Counted from the first letter of the stretch, positions 32,957 to 42,269 are shown. The stretch is DNA of 64,000 nt from Candidatus Liberimonas magnetica (GCA_020523885.1 JAJAPY010000019.1:586-64585); one strand, 5' to 3'. Notes: generated by a model from the letters alone, not told the origin. Program-made: numbers and translations.

Positions 32957-33000
32957 CCCCTTCTACGCTGAAGCTACGAAGGGCACAGCTTAATAATTTT
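32957..33000 (+). repeat. shared module M4, copy 2
   Basis: cccttc-tacgctgaagctac-gaaggg-cacagcttaataatttt. The stem base pair differs from copy 1 in a compensatory way (t-a becomes c-g). Confidence 0.6.
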
Positions 33001-33035
33001 GAAAACAAGCATTTTAATTCAGGAAAAATAAGGTT

Positions 33036-33413
33036 ATGATAAAAAAGAAAAAATCACCATTGATTGCGGCTTTGCTGTCGGCTTTTGCGTTTCCTGGACT
33101 CGGGCAGGTGTATGCGAAGTGCTATGCCAAAGGCTTGATATTCATCGTTATAACTATGATACTCTTCATTTCCATCGCCGTGCCTCTAATTACAATTGCC
33201 TCATCGTATGCTTCTGAAATGGCAAACTTAGAATCCATGAGCCCATCTAAATTCACCATGCCAAATGATGGCAGGATAAAATGGTTTTCCATTCTTCTGA
33301 CCGTTGCATGGATTATTTCCATAGTTGACGCCTGGTCCTGCGCAAAAAGATTGAACAAGCAAATAAGTATATCAGCTTCAGTTGATGTCCCTCCCCCTCC
33401 CGGCAAGGCATGA
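33036..33413 (+). CDS. small membrane protein, unknown function
   Basis: 125 aa with FPGLGQVY motif, 3 hydrophobic segments and a Pro-rich tail. Confidence 0.5.
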   Translation: MIKKKKSPLIAALLSAFAFPGLGQVYAKCYAKGLIFIVITMILFISIAVPLITIASSYASEMANLESMSPSKFTMPNDGRIKWFSILLTVAWIISIVDAWSCAKRLNKQISISASVDVPPPPGKA

Positions 33414-33414
33414 T

Positions 33415-33440
33415 GCCAACATCCATTCCCGTAATGGATG
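33415..33440 (+). repeat. shared module M5, copy 2
   Basis: gccaacatccaTtCccgTaatggatg starts 2 nt after the TGA of the upstream gene. Confidence 0.65.
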
Positions 33441-33614
33441 TCTTCCCTACATACTACCTACTGATGCGCCTATTTGACTTTTAGAGGGGCAATTGATAAA
33501 ATTACTTTACATATCTTGATCCGCTATTTATTGTCGCGACAAATAGATATTTACAATTTAAAGAACCCTGAAGCGTAGGACCGTCGGGGCAACAATTTAC
33601 TAAGGAGTTATAAA

Positions 33615-34394
33615 ATGGATTTAGCTACCATTGCAGGTGTTCTGGTCGGAGTGGCACTGGTATTAGCCTCTATTTTGTTAACAGAAGGAGTGAAGGGATT
33701 TATCCCGTTCTTAAATTACGAAGCATTCATGGTAGTTATGGGCGGAACGTTCTGCGCCCTTCTTGTTAACTATCCTATACAACAGGTTTTAAGGATGTTT
33801 AAGGTGACAAGGGTCGTCATGACATCGACCGGCGAAGACACTACCAAGATAGTAACGACTTTTGTAACCCTGGCAAAAAAATCTAAGCAAGGCGGGTTCC
33901 TTTCGCTGGAAGGCGATATAAAGAACCTTGATAACGATTTTTTAAAACGAGGCGTCCAAATGGTAGTTGACGGTTTGGAAAAAGAGTTTATAGCTAACAT
34001 GTTGGAGACCGAACTGGGGTTTATCAAGGAAAGGCATAAAGTAGGGATAGAAATGTTCAATGCTCTTGGCACTTATGCACCGGCATTCGGCATCATAGGG
34101 ACGGTACTTGGAATGATACTTATGTTGAACTCAATAACAAACGTTGAAGAAGTACCAAGAAGAATGGCTTTTGCTCTTGCAGCAGCATTTTTCGGTCTTG
34201 GCTCCGGATACTTGTTATTTCTTCCCATGGCAGGAAAACTCAGACGGCGTTCTGACGAAGAACTTTTGATAAAGGAAATCATTATACGCGGGGTCCTTCT
34301 TCTTCAGGCAGGTACGACACCCAGCATACTTGAAGAGAACTTGAAAGCTTATCTGGAACCTTCTCAAAGAGCTTTGATCAATGCGGCAAGATAA
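33615..34394 (+). CDS. motA: flagellar-type stator protein MotA (MotA/TolQ/ExbB family)
   Basis: 259 aa, 4 TM helices, YAPAFGIIGTVLGMI and FLPMAGKL regions; followed by motB and flbD. Confidence 0.8.
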   Translation: MDLATIAGVLVGVALVLASILLTEGVKGFIPFLNYEAFMVVMGGTFCALLVNYPIQQVLRMFKVTRVVMTSTGEDTTKIVTTFVTLAKKSKQGGFLSLEGDIKNLDNDFLKRGVQMVVDGLEKEFIANMLETELGFIKERHKVGIEMFNALGTYAPAFGIIGTVLGMILMLNSITNVEEVPRRMAFALAAAFFGLGSGYLLFLPMAGKLRRRSDEELLIKEIIIRGVLLLQAGTTPSILEENLKAYLEPSQRALINAAR

Positions 34395-34555
34395 CATATA
34401 AATAAATTTCGAAACTACAATTTCTAATTTCGAAAAAATATTTAATATCAAAACGGCAAAAAAGCAGGGTTTAATCAAGTTTTTCTATTTGAAGTTCCCT
34501 GTTTGTAATTTATTTCGGATTTTGTGCTTCGAATTTTGGGAATTAAGGAAACGAT

Positions 34556-35161
34556 ATGGCATTACGATCCAGGAATATGATAGATGAAGATGATCCCCGG
34601 GTATCTAAGATCGGGCATCCTGCCCCGCCCTGGCTTATAAACTATGCGGATTTGATGACCGAACTGGTTTGCTTCTTTATAATACTTTATGCCTTAAGCG
34701 CGGCACTTTCCAAAAACGTAGCGAACGCAAAAGAACAGCTTGAAGAAATGATGAAAAAGGAAGAGATCAAGGCTGAGATGACCGTGAGCAAGGAAGGCCT
34801 TACCGTTAACCTTGAAGAAAAAGAGGATAAAGCGTTTTTTGAAAGCGGTAGAGCCGAAATTACCGAAAACGGCAAGCAGGCTCTTGACAGGATTGTCCCT
34901 GTTATTGCAAGTATTTCTAGTGATGTTGTAATTGAAGGGCATACGGATGATACTCCGATACATACATCTCAATTTGATTCAAACTGGGAACTTTCGACAG
35001 CACGCTCAACTAATGTGGTAAAATACCTGGTAAAAGAAAAAGGGCTTCCTCCGCAAAGGCTTTCTGCGATCGGTTACGGCGAATATAGGCCCCTTGTACC
35101 CAACACTACACCCGAGAACCGGACCAAAAATAGAAGGGTTGTAATATTTATAAAAAAGTAA
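34556..35161 (+). CDS. motB: stator protein MotB with OmpA-like peptidoglycan-binding domain
   Basis: PPWLINYADLMTELVCFF (conserved Asp before the TM helix); C-terminal NWELSTARSTNVVKYL...NRRVVIFI. Confidence 0.8.
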   Translation: MALRSRNMIDEDDPRVSKIGHPAPPWLINYADLMTELVCFFIILYALSAALSKNVANAKEQLEEMMKKEEIKAEMTVSKEGLTVNLEEKEDKAFFESGRAEITENGKQALDRIVPVIASISSDVVIEGHTDDTPIHTSQFDSNWELSTARSTNVVKYLVKEKGLPPQRLSAIGYGEYRPLVPNTTPENRTKNRRVVIFIKK

Positions 35162-35163
35162 TA

Positions 35164-35344
35164 GCGGGGCTATACCTGCCCCGCGCCCCAGGTGTCCATT
35201 TTCTTTGGGCGCACAAAGAAAATGGACGAAAAGAAATGCGCCCCCTGAGCCATTCGCTCATATTTTTACGGATTCTGCGGAACTCGTCCGTCGGCTTCGC
35301 CAGGACGGACTCAGACAGTCCTCGAATAATTCCCGTAAAAATAT
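35164..35344. repeat. densely structured spacer with four strong hairpins, including an M4-like element
   Basis: Stems: gcggggc/gccccgc (35164-35184); perfect 14 bp gtccattttctttg/caaagaaaatggac (35194-35227); 12-bp outer stem atatttttacgg/ccgtaaaaatat (35260-35271 with 35333-35344) enclosing gtccgtc/gacggac. Confidence 0.7.
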
Positions 35345-35400
35345 TCTCTCATAACCGGCTCAATGGGGATTAACTACTATAAAGACAATTTCTAAATAAT

Positions 35401-35676
35401 ATGGAAAATAAATTTGGAGATAATGTTCAAGTGATTAAACTGCACAGGCTGAATGGTAAAGAGATCACGGTTAATGCTGAATTGATAGAGTCTATCGAAT
35501 CAGCTCCTGATACTATAATTACGCTTACGAGCGATAACAGGTTCATAGTAAAAGAAACTATAGAGGAAGTCAAAAGTTTAATAATAGAATACAGAAGACT
35601 AGTATCTTTGCCTCCTCTGGATGTGACTCAGGAAGGCCCTGCCTTTAGGAAACAAAAAAACAGTGATAAGGTGTAA
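35401..35676 (+). CDS. flbD: flagellar protein FlbD
   Basis: IKLHRLNGKEITVNAELIESIESAPDTIITLTSDNRFIVKETIEEV matches the FlbD family. Confidence 0.8.
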   Translation: MENKFGDNVQVIKLHRLNGKEITVNAELIESIESAPDTIITLTSDNRFIVKETIEEVKSLIIEYRRLVSLPPLDVTQEGPAFRKQKNSDKV

Positions 35677-35744
35677 GGGATAAGGGGTAAGTAAAAGCCA
35701 GATACTTGGCATTAACTTATACCTTAAACCTTAATCCTTACCTC
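35665..35744. repeat. long imperfect hairpin built from GGTAAG-type words
   Basis: Left arm gataaggtgtaagggataaggggtaagta overlaps the flbD stop. Right arm is acttataccttaaaccttaatccttacctc. Confidence 0.55.
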
Positions 35745-35765
35745 TAAAATTTAGGAGAATAAATT

Positions 35766-36053
35766 ATGGCAACGTTCATTATGTTCGGGAAGTACTCGTC
35801 AGAAGCTTTAAATGGGATATCTGAAGACCGTACGAAACAGGCAAAGAAACTAATAGAAAGGTTTAAGGGTAAATTAAACGCCATCTACGTTATGCTGGGC
35901 GAACATGACCTGATGATCGTTACGGAGTTTCCGGGAATAGAAGAAGCTATGATGGCATCGATTATGTTAAATAAACTGAGCGGCATATCTTTTTCAACAG
36001 CGCCGGCGCTATCAGTTGAAAAGTTCGATAAAATAGCAACTGAAATAGATTAA
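35766..36053 (+). CDS. GYD-domain protein
   Basis: 95 aa: FIMFGKYS...AIYVMLGEHDLMIVTEFPG fits the GYD family pattern. Confidence 0.65.
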   Translation: MATFIMFGKYSSEALNGISEDRTKQAKKLIERFKGKLNAIYVMLGEHDLMIVTEFPGIEEAMMASIMLNKLSGISFSTAPALSVEKFDKIATEID

Positions 36054-36150
36054 TTTATAACGTTTAAAACTTATAAAACGACATATACCTTTGTTTTCTA
36101 TCTGCTGAACGCTAAACACCCGACACCCCTCTTCTACTGCTATCCACGTC

Positions 36151-36172
36151 GGGGAGCAAGCATTTGCTCCCC
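36151..36172 (+). terminator. GC-rich hairpin between the GYD gene and the ppdK promoter
   Basis: ggggagcaa gcat ttgctcccc: 9-bp stem. No clear T run follows. Confidence 0.4.
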
Positions 36173-36179
36173 TCTATGC

Positions 36180-36208
36180 TTGACTTTATACCTGCTAAAT
36201 AGTAAAAT
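36180..36208 (+). promoter_or_regulatory. sigma70-like promoter of ppdK
   Basis: TTGACT, 17-bp spacer, TAAAAT. The -35 context ctctatgcttgactttatacc recurs at 56159-56180. Confidence 0.5.
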
Positions 36209-36267
36209 AACCCGCATTCCTGTATATACCCAATATATATAATTCATATCAAAGGAGAGATAGTAAA

Positions 36268-39054
36268 ATGGCTAAAAAGTATGTGTATTCTTTTGGGAAC
36301 GGAAAAGCTGACGGAAACGAAAGTATGAAGAACCTGCTTGGCGGCAAAGGCGCCAACCTGGCAGAGATGGCCGGACATAAAGACCTGAGACTCCCTGTAC
36401 CGCCGGGGTTTACCATAACGACCGAAGTCTGTACCGTTTATTATAAGAACAAGAAAAAATTTCCCGGGGAGCTTAAAAGCCAGGTAAACGCAGCCCTTAA
36501 AAAAATTGAAGCTATAATGGGAAAAAGATTCGGAGACGCTCAAGACCCGCTTCTTGTTTCCGTACGTTCCGGCGCAAGAAAGTCTATGCCGGGAATGATG
36601 GATACCGTATTAAATGTCGGCCTTAACGATATAACGGTCCAGGGCCTTATTAAGATGACGAACAACCCGCGTTTTGCTTATGACGCATACCGCAGGCTTG
36701 TAATGATGTACGCAGATGTGGTCATGGAAAAAGCCGAAGGCCGCGAACCTGCCAGAGGAAAGGGCATACGCAAATTAATGGATGAGAAGCTTGAAGAAGT
36801 TAAGCACTCAAAAGGATATAAGATAGACACTCAGCTTACCACTGAAGATTTAAAATCGCTCGTAGCCCTTTTTAAGGATATGATAAAAGCAGAACTTGGC
36901 CAGCCGTTTCCGGAAAAACCCGAGGACCAGTTATGGGGCGGGATAGGCGCTGTATTTATGTCCTGGAACGGAAAACGCGCTATTGAATACCGCCGGATCG
37001 AACACATTCCAGATGAATGGGGAACAGCTGTGAACGTCCAGACAATGGTGTTCGGCAATATGGGAGATGACTCAGCTACGGGTGTTGCTTTCACAAGGAA
37101 CCCGGGTAACGGCGAAGCTTATTTTTACGGCGAATACCTTGTAAATGCACAAGGTGAGGACGTAGTTGCAGGTATACGCACCCCTGCGCCGATAAATGAA
37201 TTATCAAAAAATGACCAGAGCAGGAACTTGCCGTCGTTAGAAAAAATAATGCCGAATATCTATACCGAACTTTTTGATATACAGAAACGCCTTGAAAAGC
37301 ACTACCAGGACATGCAGGATATAGAGTTTACCATAGAAAAAGGCAAGCTCTTCATGCTTCAGTGCCGCATAGGAAAAAGAAACGGCGCTGCTGCTGTACG
37401 CATGGCCGTAGATATGTATAAAGAAAAAGCGATCGATGCATCAACTGCTGTAATGAGAGTTCCTGCATCGCAGTTGGTAGAGCTGCTTCTGCCCATGATA
37501 GACCCGAAAGTGGAGGCAGGTACCAAGATTATAGCAAAAGGGCTTCCTGCCGGCCCGGGCGGCGCTATAGGCCGCGTGGTGTTCAGTTCACATGATGCAG
37601 TAGCCTGGGCAGCGAAGGGAGAAAAAGTAATTTTAGTCCGCGAAGAAACATCTCCTGAAGATGTAGACGGTATGCATAAAGCGCAGGCAATCCTTACTTT
37701 GAAAGGCGGTATGACATCGCATGCGGCGCTTGTTGCAAGAGGTTGGGGTAAATGCTGCGTAGTAGGCTGCAGCGACCTTTCGATTGCAGACGATCAAAAA
37801 TCGTTTACTACAAAAAGCGGTACAACGGTCAAAGAAGGCGACTGGATATCTCTTAACGGTACGAAAGGAACGGTTTATGCCGTAAAGCTTCCTCTTGTTG
37901 ACCCTGACCTTGAGCACAATACGGCTTATAAAGAGCTTATGAAACTTGTTGATAAGGCTCGTACTATGAAGATACGTACTAATGCTGACACTCCGAAAGA
38001 TGCAAAGAAAGCCATAGAGTTTGGAGCCGAAGGCATAGGGCTTTTCAGGACAGAGCATATGTTTTACGGCGAAGGAAGCGATAAACCGTTGTTTTTGCTC
38101 CGCAAAATGATAATGTCTAAAACCCTTGAAGAACGAAAAGCCGCTTTAAAGGAGCTTTCCGTGTTCGTGAAAGGAGATATTAAAGCTACCATGGAAGTAC
38201 TTAACGGTTTTCCTGTCACTGTAAGACTCCTTGACCCGCCGCTGCATGAGTTTGTACCGCACAGCGAAGACAAGATAGCGGATATGGCAAAGGAACTAGG
38301 TATAACTGTAGAAGAAGCAAAAAAGCGCGGAGACGGTTTAAAAGAATCTAACCCGATGCTGGGCCACAGAGGAGTAAGACTTGGAATAACTTACCCCGAA
38401 GTAACAGAAATGCAGGTAAGAGCGATACTTGAAGCAGCAGGCGAGCTTATCAAAGCAGGAAAAAAAGCTGTTCCGGAAATAATGATACCGGTAACCTGCA
38501 CTGTAAATGAATTAAACGATCAAAAAGTCATAGTCGAAAAAGTCCACCAGGAAGTAGAGAAAGCGCTCAGAGTTAAAATACCTTATATGTACGGTACAAT
38601 GATAGAGATACCAAGAGCAGCTCTTCTTGCAAACAAGATGGCTGAAACAGCCGAGTTTTTCTCATTCGGGACAAATGACCTTACACAGATGACCTTTGGT
38701 TTTTCAAGGGACGATATAGGTTCATTTTTACCAGATTATCTTACATCCAAGATACTCCCGGTAGACCCGTTCCAGACCATAGACAAAGAAGGCGTCGGAG
38801 AACTTATGGATATGGGGATCCAGCGCGGGCGCTCGGTAAAAAAGAACCTTAAAGTCGGTATTTGCGGAGAACACGGCGGTGACGCTGATTCAGTCAAGTT
38901 TTGCCACCGTATAGGCATGGACTATGTTTCCTGTTCGCCGTTCCGTGTGCCGATCGCAAGGCTTGCCGCAGCTCAAGCAGCTATCGAAAGCAGTGTTTCA
39001 AAAAAACAAAAATCCAAGAGTTCAAAAAAGCTTACTGCAGCCGGCAAAAGATAA
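36268..39054 (+). CDS. ppdK: pyruvate, phosphate dikinase
   Basis: 928 aa with GGKGANLAEM, phospho-His motif GGMTSHAALVARG, and C-terminal GICGEHGGD. Confidence 0.95.
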   Translation: MAKKYVYSFGNGKADGNESMKNLLGGKGANLAEMAGHKDLRLPVPPGFTITTEVCTVYYKNKKKFPGELKSQVNAALKKIEAIMGKRFGDAQDPLLVSVRSGARKSMPGMMDTVLNVGLNDITVQGLIKMTNNPRFAYDAYRRLVMMYADVVMEKAEGREPARGKGIRKLMDEKLEEVKHSKGYKIDTQLTTEDLKSLVALFKDMIKAELGQPFPEKPEDQLWGGIGAVFMSWNGKRAIEYRRIEHIPDEWGTAVNVQTMVFGNMGDDSATGVAFTRNPGNGEAYFYGEYLVNAQGEDVVAGIRTPAPINELSKNDQSRNLPSLEKIMPNIYTELFDIQKRLEKHYQDMQDIEFTIEKGKLFMLQCRIGKRNGAAAVRMAVDMYKEKAIDASTAVMRVPASQLVELLLPMIDPKVEAGTKIIAKGLPAGPGGAIGRVVFSSHDAVAWAAKGEKVILVREETSPEDVDGMHKAQAILTLKGGMTSHAALVARGWGKCCVVGCSDLSIADDQKSFTTKSGTTVKEGDWISLNGTKGTVYAVKLPLVDPDLEHNTAYKELMKLVDKARTMKIRTNADTPKDAKKAIEFGAEGIGLFRTEHMFYGEGSDKPLFLLRKMIMSKTLEERKAALKELSVFVKGDIKATMEVLNGFPVTVRLLDPPLHEFVPHSEDKIADMAKELGITVEEAKKRGDGLKESNPMLGHRGVRLGITYPEVTEMQVRAILEAAGELIKAGKKAVPEIMIPVTCTVNELNDQKVIVEKVHQEVEKALRVKIPYMYGTMIEIPRAALLANKMAETAEFFSFGTNDLTQMTFGFSRDDIGSFLPDYLTSKILPVDPFQTIDKEGVGELMDMGIQRGRSVKKNLKVGICGEHGGDADSVKFCHRIGMDYVSCSPFRVPIARLAAAQAAIESSVSKKQKSKSSKKLTAAGKR

Positions 39055-39350
39055 AATATTGTTCCGGCAATAGAAAATCAAAAATGGAAGGTTTTCTAAA
39101 GCCGGAAAACAAATATAAAAGGCTTAGTTAAAGAGGGGGGCAATTAGGTATTGGAGCTTCTTCTTTAATTTATGGTATCAAACAACATTTCCTTTCATAT
39201 ATGGATTATTTTATCTTGCCATCAGGCTTATCCGACGAGCATTGATTTTAATAAATCTTAGTAATATTTTTATTAAATTCGGTTTTTAAAAAATATCACA
39301 ACTTTTTCAAATCTTTTGCACAATTTTGCAGTAAAAATAATAATTAATTC

Positions 39351-39387
39351 GAAGTCGGCCTTCCCCCCAAGGCCGGCTTCTTTTTTT
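39351..39387 (+). terminator. strong rho-independent terminator about 300 nt after the ppdK stop
   Basis: gaagtcggcctt cccccc aaggccggcttc: 12-bp stem with 1 mismatch, followed by T7. Confidence 0.7.
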
Positions 39388-39485
39388 CTACAAGCCCGAT
39401 GCAAATCTATTTTATTGTCGTTTTATTTGCCGTATCTTATGTTTTTGACAACCACTAATTTAAAATATAAGATATAGTCAAATTT

Positions 39486-40637
39486 ATGAAACAAAAACAA
39501 TTAAAAGATGACCTTAAGTTTAAACATAAGATATCACTGTCGTTGTTTTTGATCTTAACACTTACCATCCCTTTTTATTTGATGGGGTGGCCTACTAAAA
39601 TGGGCCCTTATAAACCGGACTGGGGTTACTTTTTAGGGCTTGTTTGTTTAAGTGCGTTATTGTTATATCTATTATACAGACTTAACGCGGAGATCCCGGA
39701 TTATTTTAAGAAAATAGTATTTTTGAACATATTTTTATTATATTTTGGGATAGTTTTTTCTCTTTTGGCAGGTGAAGCGTATATAAGAGCCTTAAAGATA
39801 GCTGAATGCAGAGGAGGACAGGGCCCCTTACAGCCTGATTTCGGCCTGTCAAAATACAAGCTTAACTCCCTTGGTTTCCGCGGGCCGGAACATAATATAG
39901 CAAAAGAAAAAGGAAAATTAAGGGTCATCGCGCTTGGAGACTCGCAGGTGTTCGGGCAGGGAGTCGAATGGCAGGACACGTTTCTGGAACAGCTTAAGAC
40001 CATATTAGATATAAATACCGGACAAACGTTTGAAACTATAAATTTCGGAAAATGCGGCTGGAACACGATAAATGAACAGGTATTTTTCATAAAACAGGGT
40101 GCATATTATAAACCCGACATTTTAATACTCCTATACACATTGAACGACCCTGAATTTGACGGATATTCCTACAAACCCTTTTTTAATAGCAGTTTTGAAG
40201 TTAAATATCTCTGGAGGTCGCACCTCTATTTCTTTCTTATAAAACTTTATAACCAGCTCAAATTCCCTTACGAGGATTATATAATAAACCTTTTTAAGGA
40301 CGGATCCGAGACCGCCCAATACTGCGGACTTGCTTTAAAAAACATAGCTAGCACATGCAGGAATAACAACATTAGGCCGCTGCTTGTCATAACACCGCTT
40401 TTTAAGGATTTGAAAAACTATCCGTTTGTAGAAATCCATTCAAAAGTAAGAAAGTGGGGCGAAAACTGCGGTTTTTATGTGATAGACCTGCTGCCTGAGT
40501 TTGCCTCGCGTTCAAAAACAGGAAAAGAGTTCAGGGTAAGCCGCGAAGACTGGCATCCGAACAAGGAAGGCCACAGCATTATAGCAAAAGCAGTCGGAAA
40601 TAAAATATTAGAAGATAGATTGTATTCAAAGCCCTGA
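39486..40637 (+). CDS. membrane-anchored SGNH/GDSL hydrolase
   Basis: 3 N-terminal hydrophobic helices, then VIALGDSQVFGQG (block I), FGKCGWNT (II), LLYTLNDP (III) and EDWHPNKEGH (V). Confidence 0.7.
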   Translation: MKQKQLKDDLKFKHKISLSLFLILTLTIPFYLMGWPTKMGPYKPDWGYFLGLVCLSALLLYLLYRLNAEIPDYFKKIVFLNIFLLYFGIVFSLLAGEAYIRALKIAECRGGQGPLQPDFGLSKYKLNSLGFRGPEHNIAKEKGKLRVIALGDSQVFGQGVEWQDTFLEQLKTILDINTGQTFETINFGKCGWNTINEQVFFIKQGAYYKPDILILLYTLNDPEFDGYSYKPFFNSSFEVKYLWRSHLYFFLIKLYNQLKFPYEDYIINLFKDGSETAQYCGLALKNIASTCRNNNIRPLLVITPLFKDLKNYPFVEIHSKVRKWGENCGFYVIDLLPEFASRSKTGKEFRVSREDWHPNKEGHSIIAKAVGNKILEDRLYSKP

Positions 40638-40743
40638 TTACAGTGATACTTCGACTGCATTAATCACTGCAATCAGTAGTTAATCTCCGTAATCAAGAAG
40701 AAGGGGGCAATGAGCTTTTCAGTGCCCCCTAAATGATAAAATC

Positions 40744-41766
40744 ATGGTTTTTCACGCCAAAGAAATAATACTATCTCCTACATCCCAGTGCAACCTAAAT
40801 TGCGCCCATTGTACGGTCAAACGCTACAAAAGCCCGTTAAACGTAAAAAAAACAATAACTTTTTTAAAATCGTGCGCAAATTATAGGATTAAAAAACTCA
40901 CCTTTAGCGGAGGGGAACCTTTTTTAAAACCGCGATTTTTATTTATCGCTGTTAAAGAGGCTGTAAAAAACGGGATGCTTCCGGTGCGGATCATGACGAA
41001 CGGCGTCTGGTTCAATGATGCAAAAGAGTTGAAAGGGGTTTTAAAAAAACTCTTTGCTGTCGGTTTTAGCGGCGAATTCTGTATTAGTGTTGACGCATTC
41101 CATCTTCAAGACCTGGAAAAATTAAAGTCGTTCATAAAAACAGCTTTAAAAATATTCAAAAGAGATGACATAGTTTCGATCGCCTATGTGTCAGGCTCAA
41201 GAGATGAAAAAACCAGACAAAAGCTTTTAGGGTTGGCAAGAATGCTGGGTGCGCGGCTCTATAATTTTTCAAAAGGGAATGCCTACATGAAAGGGAAGTC
41301 TTTATTTGTAAAACTTATCAAGATCGCCCTGTCAGTTGTTCCAGGGGCCAAACCTTTAAAAAACCCCTGGGACGGGAAGTGGTTTAAGGAAGATTATTGT
41401 AAAGGCCCGGGAAACGTTCTGTTCGTACATGCAAACGGAGATGTTGCCCCCTGCTGCGGCTATGCGAATGAAGAAAGACTATTAAAGATCGGAAATATCT
41501 ATAAAAATTCATTAAAAGATGTCTTGAAACAGGCAAAAAACAATGCGTTTGTAAGCACTGTCTTTAGTAAAGGTTTAACGACTATCAGAAAAAAACTGAT
41601 AAAAACAGGGTTTAAATTACCTGGCAAAACATCCGATCAATGTTATTTCTGCCGGTACCTGCAGAACAAACTACCGAAAGAAACTCTTGTCAAAGCTGAT
41701 GTAAACGGCATAAAAACTACTAAAAAAAGCCGAATTTGCCTATTAAATGCAATATCCTCTGGCTGA
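40744..41766 (+). CDS. radical SAM enzyme with Cys-rich SPASM/twitch-like C-terminus
   Basis: CNLNCAHC (Cx3Cx2C), GGEPFL, and C-terminal NGDVAPCCGY and CYFC. Confidence 0.7.
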   Translation: MVFHAKEIILSPTSQCNLNCAHCTVKRYKSPLNVKKTITFLKSCANYRIKKLTFSGGEPFLKPRFLFIAVKEAVKNGMLPVRIMTNGVWFNDAKELKGVLKKLFAVGFSGEFCISVDAFHLQDLEKLKSFIKTALKIFKRDDIVSIAYVSGSRDEKTRQKLLGLARMLGARLYNFSKGNAYMKGKSLFVKLIKIALSVVPGAKPLKNPWDGKWFKEDYCKGPGNVLFVHANGDVAPCCGYANEERLLKIGNIYKNSLKDVLKQAKNNAFVSTVFSKGLTTIRKKLIKTGFKLPGKTSDQCYFCRYLQNKLPKETLVKADVNGIKTTKKSRICLLNAISSG

Positions 41767-41799
41767 GAATCACTGAATTCCAGCTAATTTTCTGATCAC

Positions 41800-41828
41800 T
41801 TGACAAATTTATTGTAAAGATGTAATAT
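41800..41828 (+). promoter_or_regulatory. sigma70-like promoter
   Basis: TTGACA, 17-bp spacer ending in TG, then TAATAT. Confidence 0.5.
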
Positions 41829-41931
41829 ACTATCTCAATTCTTTAAATAGATCAATTAATTAGGAAATTGAAAATACCACATATTTTCTAAACTAATGAA
41901 AGATTAAAATTATAAAAGGGAGGTGAACGAT

Positions 41932-42108
41932 ATGCAGAAACTAGTATTAGCGGCATTATTCTTAATTGGAATTTGCGCAGTAGGATGCAAGAAAGAAGAA
42001 GCTCCTATGGCTCCTACACAGATGGAACAAGCAGTACCAGCACCGGAAGCACCGGCAGCAACGGGTACTTCGGGCGCAACTGATGCAGCAGCACCAGAGA
42101 CAAAATAA
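41932..42108 (+). CDS. small secreted lipoprotein, Ala/Pro-rich
   Basis: GGGAGG lies 9 nt before ATG 41932. Signal peptide with lipobox AVGC, low-complexity mature part, and a terminator directly downstream. Confidence 0.55.
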   Translation: MQKLVLAALFLIGICAVGCKKEEAPMAPTQMEQAVPAPEAPAATGTSGATDAAAPETK

Positions 42109-42136
42109 GATGACATATTAATAAGGATTAATATAT

Positions 42137-42171
42137 CGGCCAGGGTAATTAGGTTACTCTGGCCGTTTTTT
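42137..42171 (+). terminator. rho-independent terminator
   Basis: cggccagggtaa ttagg ttactctggccg followed by T6. Confidence 0.7.
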
Positions 42172-42269
42172 ATTTTGCTATAATATATGTTGGAATCTAT
42201 ATACAGAATTATATTTCATTTAAGCAACTTTTTAAGGCTTGAATTTGTCTAACTTTGTGAAAGGGCAAA

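Noticed and set aside
33615-35161. MotA/MotB homologs as a Zorya-type defence system
   Set aside because: The sizes are canonical for flagellar stators, ZorA being much longer. FlbD follows, and no ZorC/D-like genes are present.
38901-39131. 76-aa ORF overlapping the end of ppdK
   Set aside because: It is an alternative frame of a highly conserved gene and extends into AT-rich spacer.
40638-42108. Radical SAM/SPASM enzyme with a neighbouring small ORF as a RiPP maturase-precursor pair
   Set aside because: The 58-aa ORF has a lipoprotein signal and an Ala/Pro-rich body with no Cys, Ser or Thr-rich core. It has its own promoter and terminator. The 8-codon ORF upstream lies within a hairpin.
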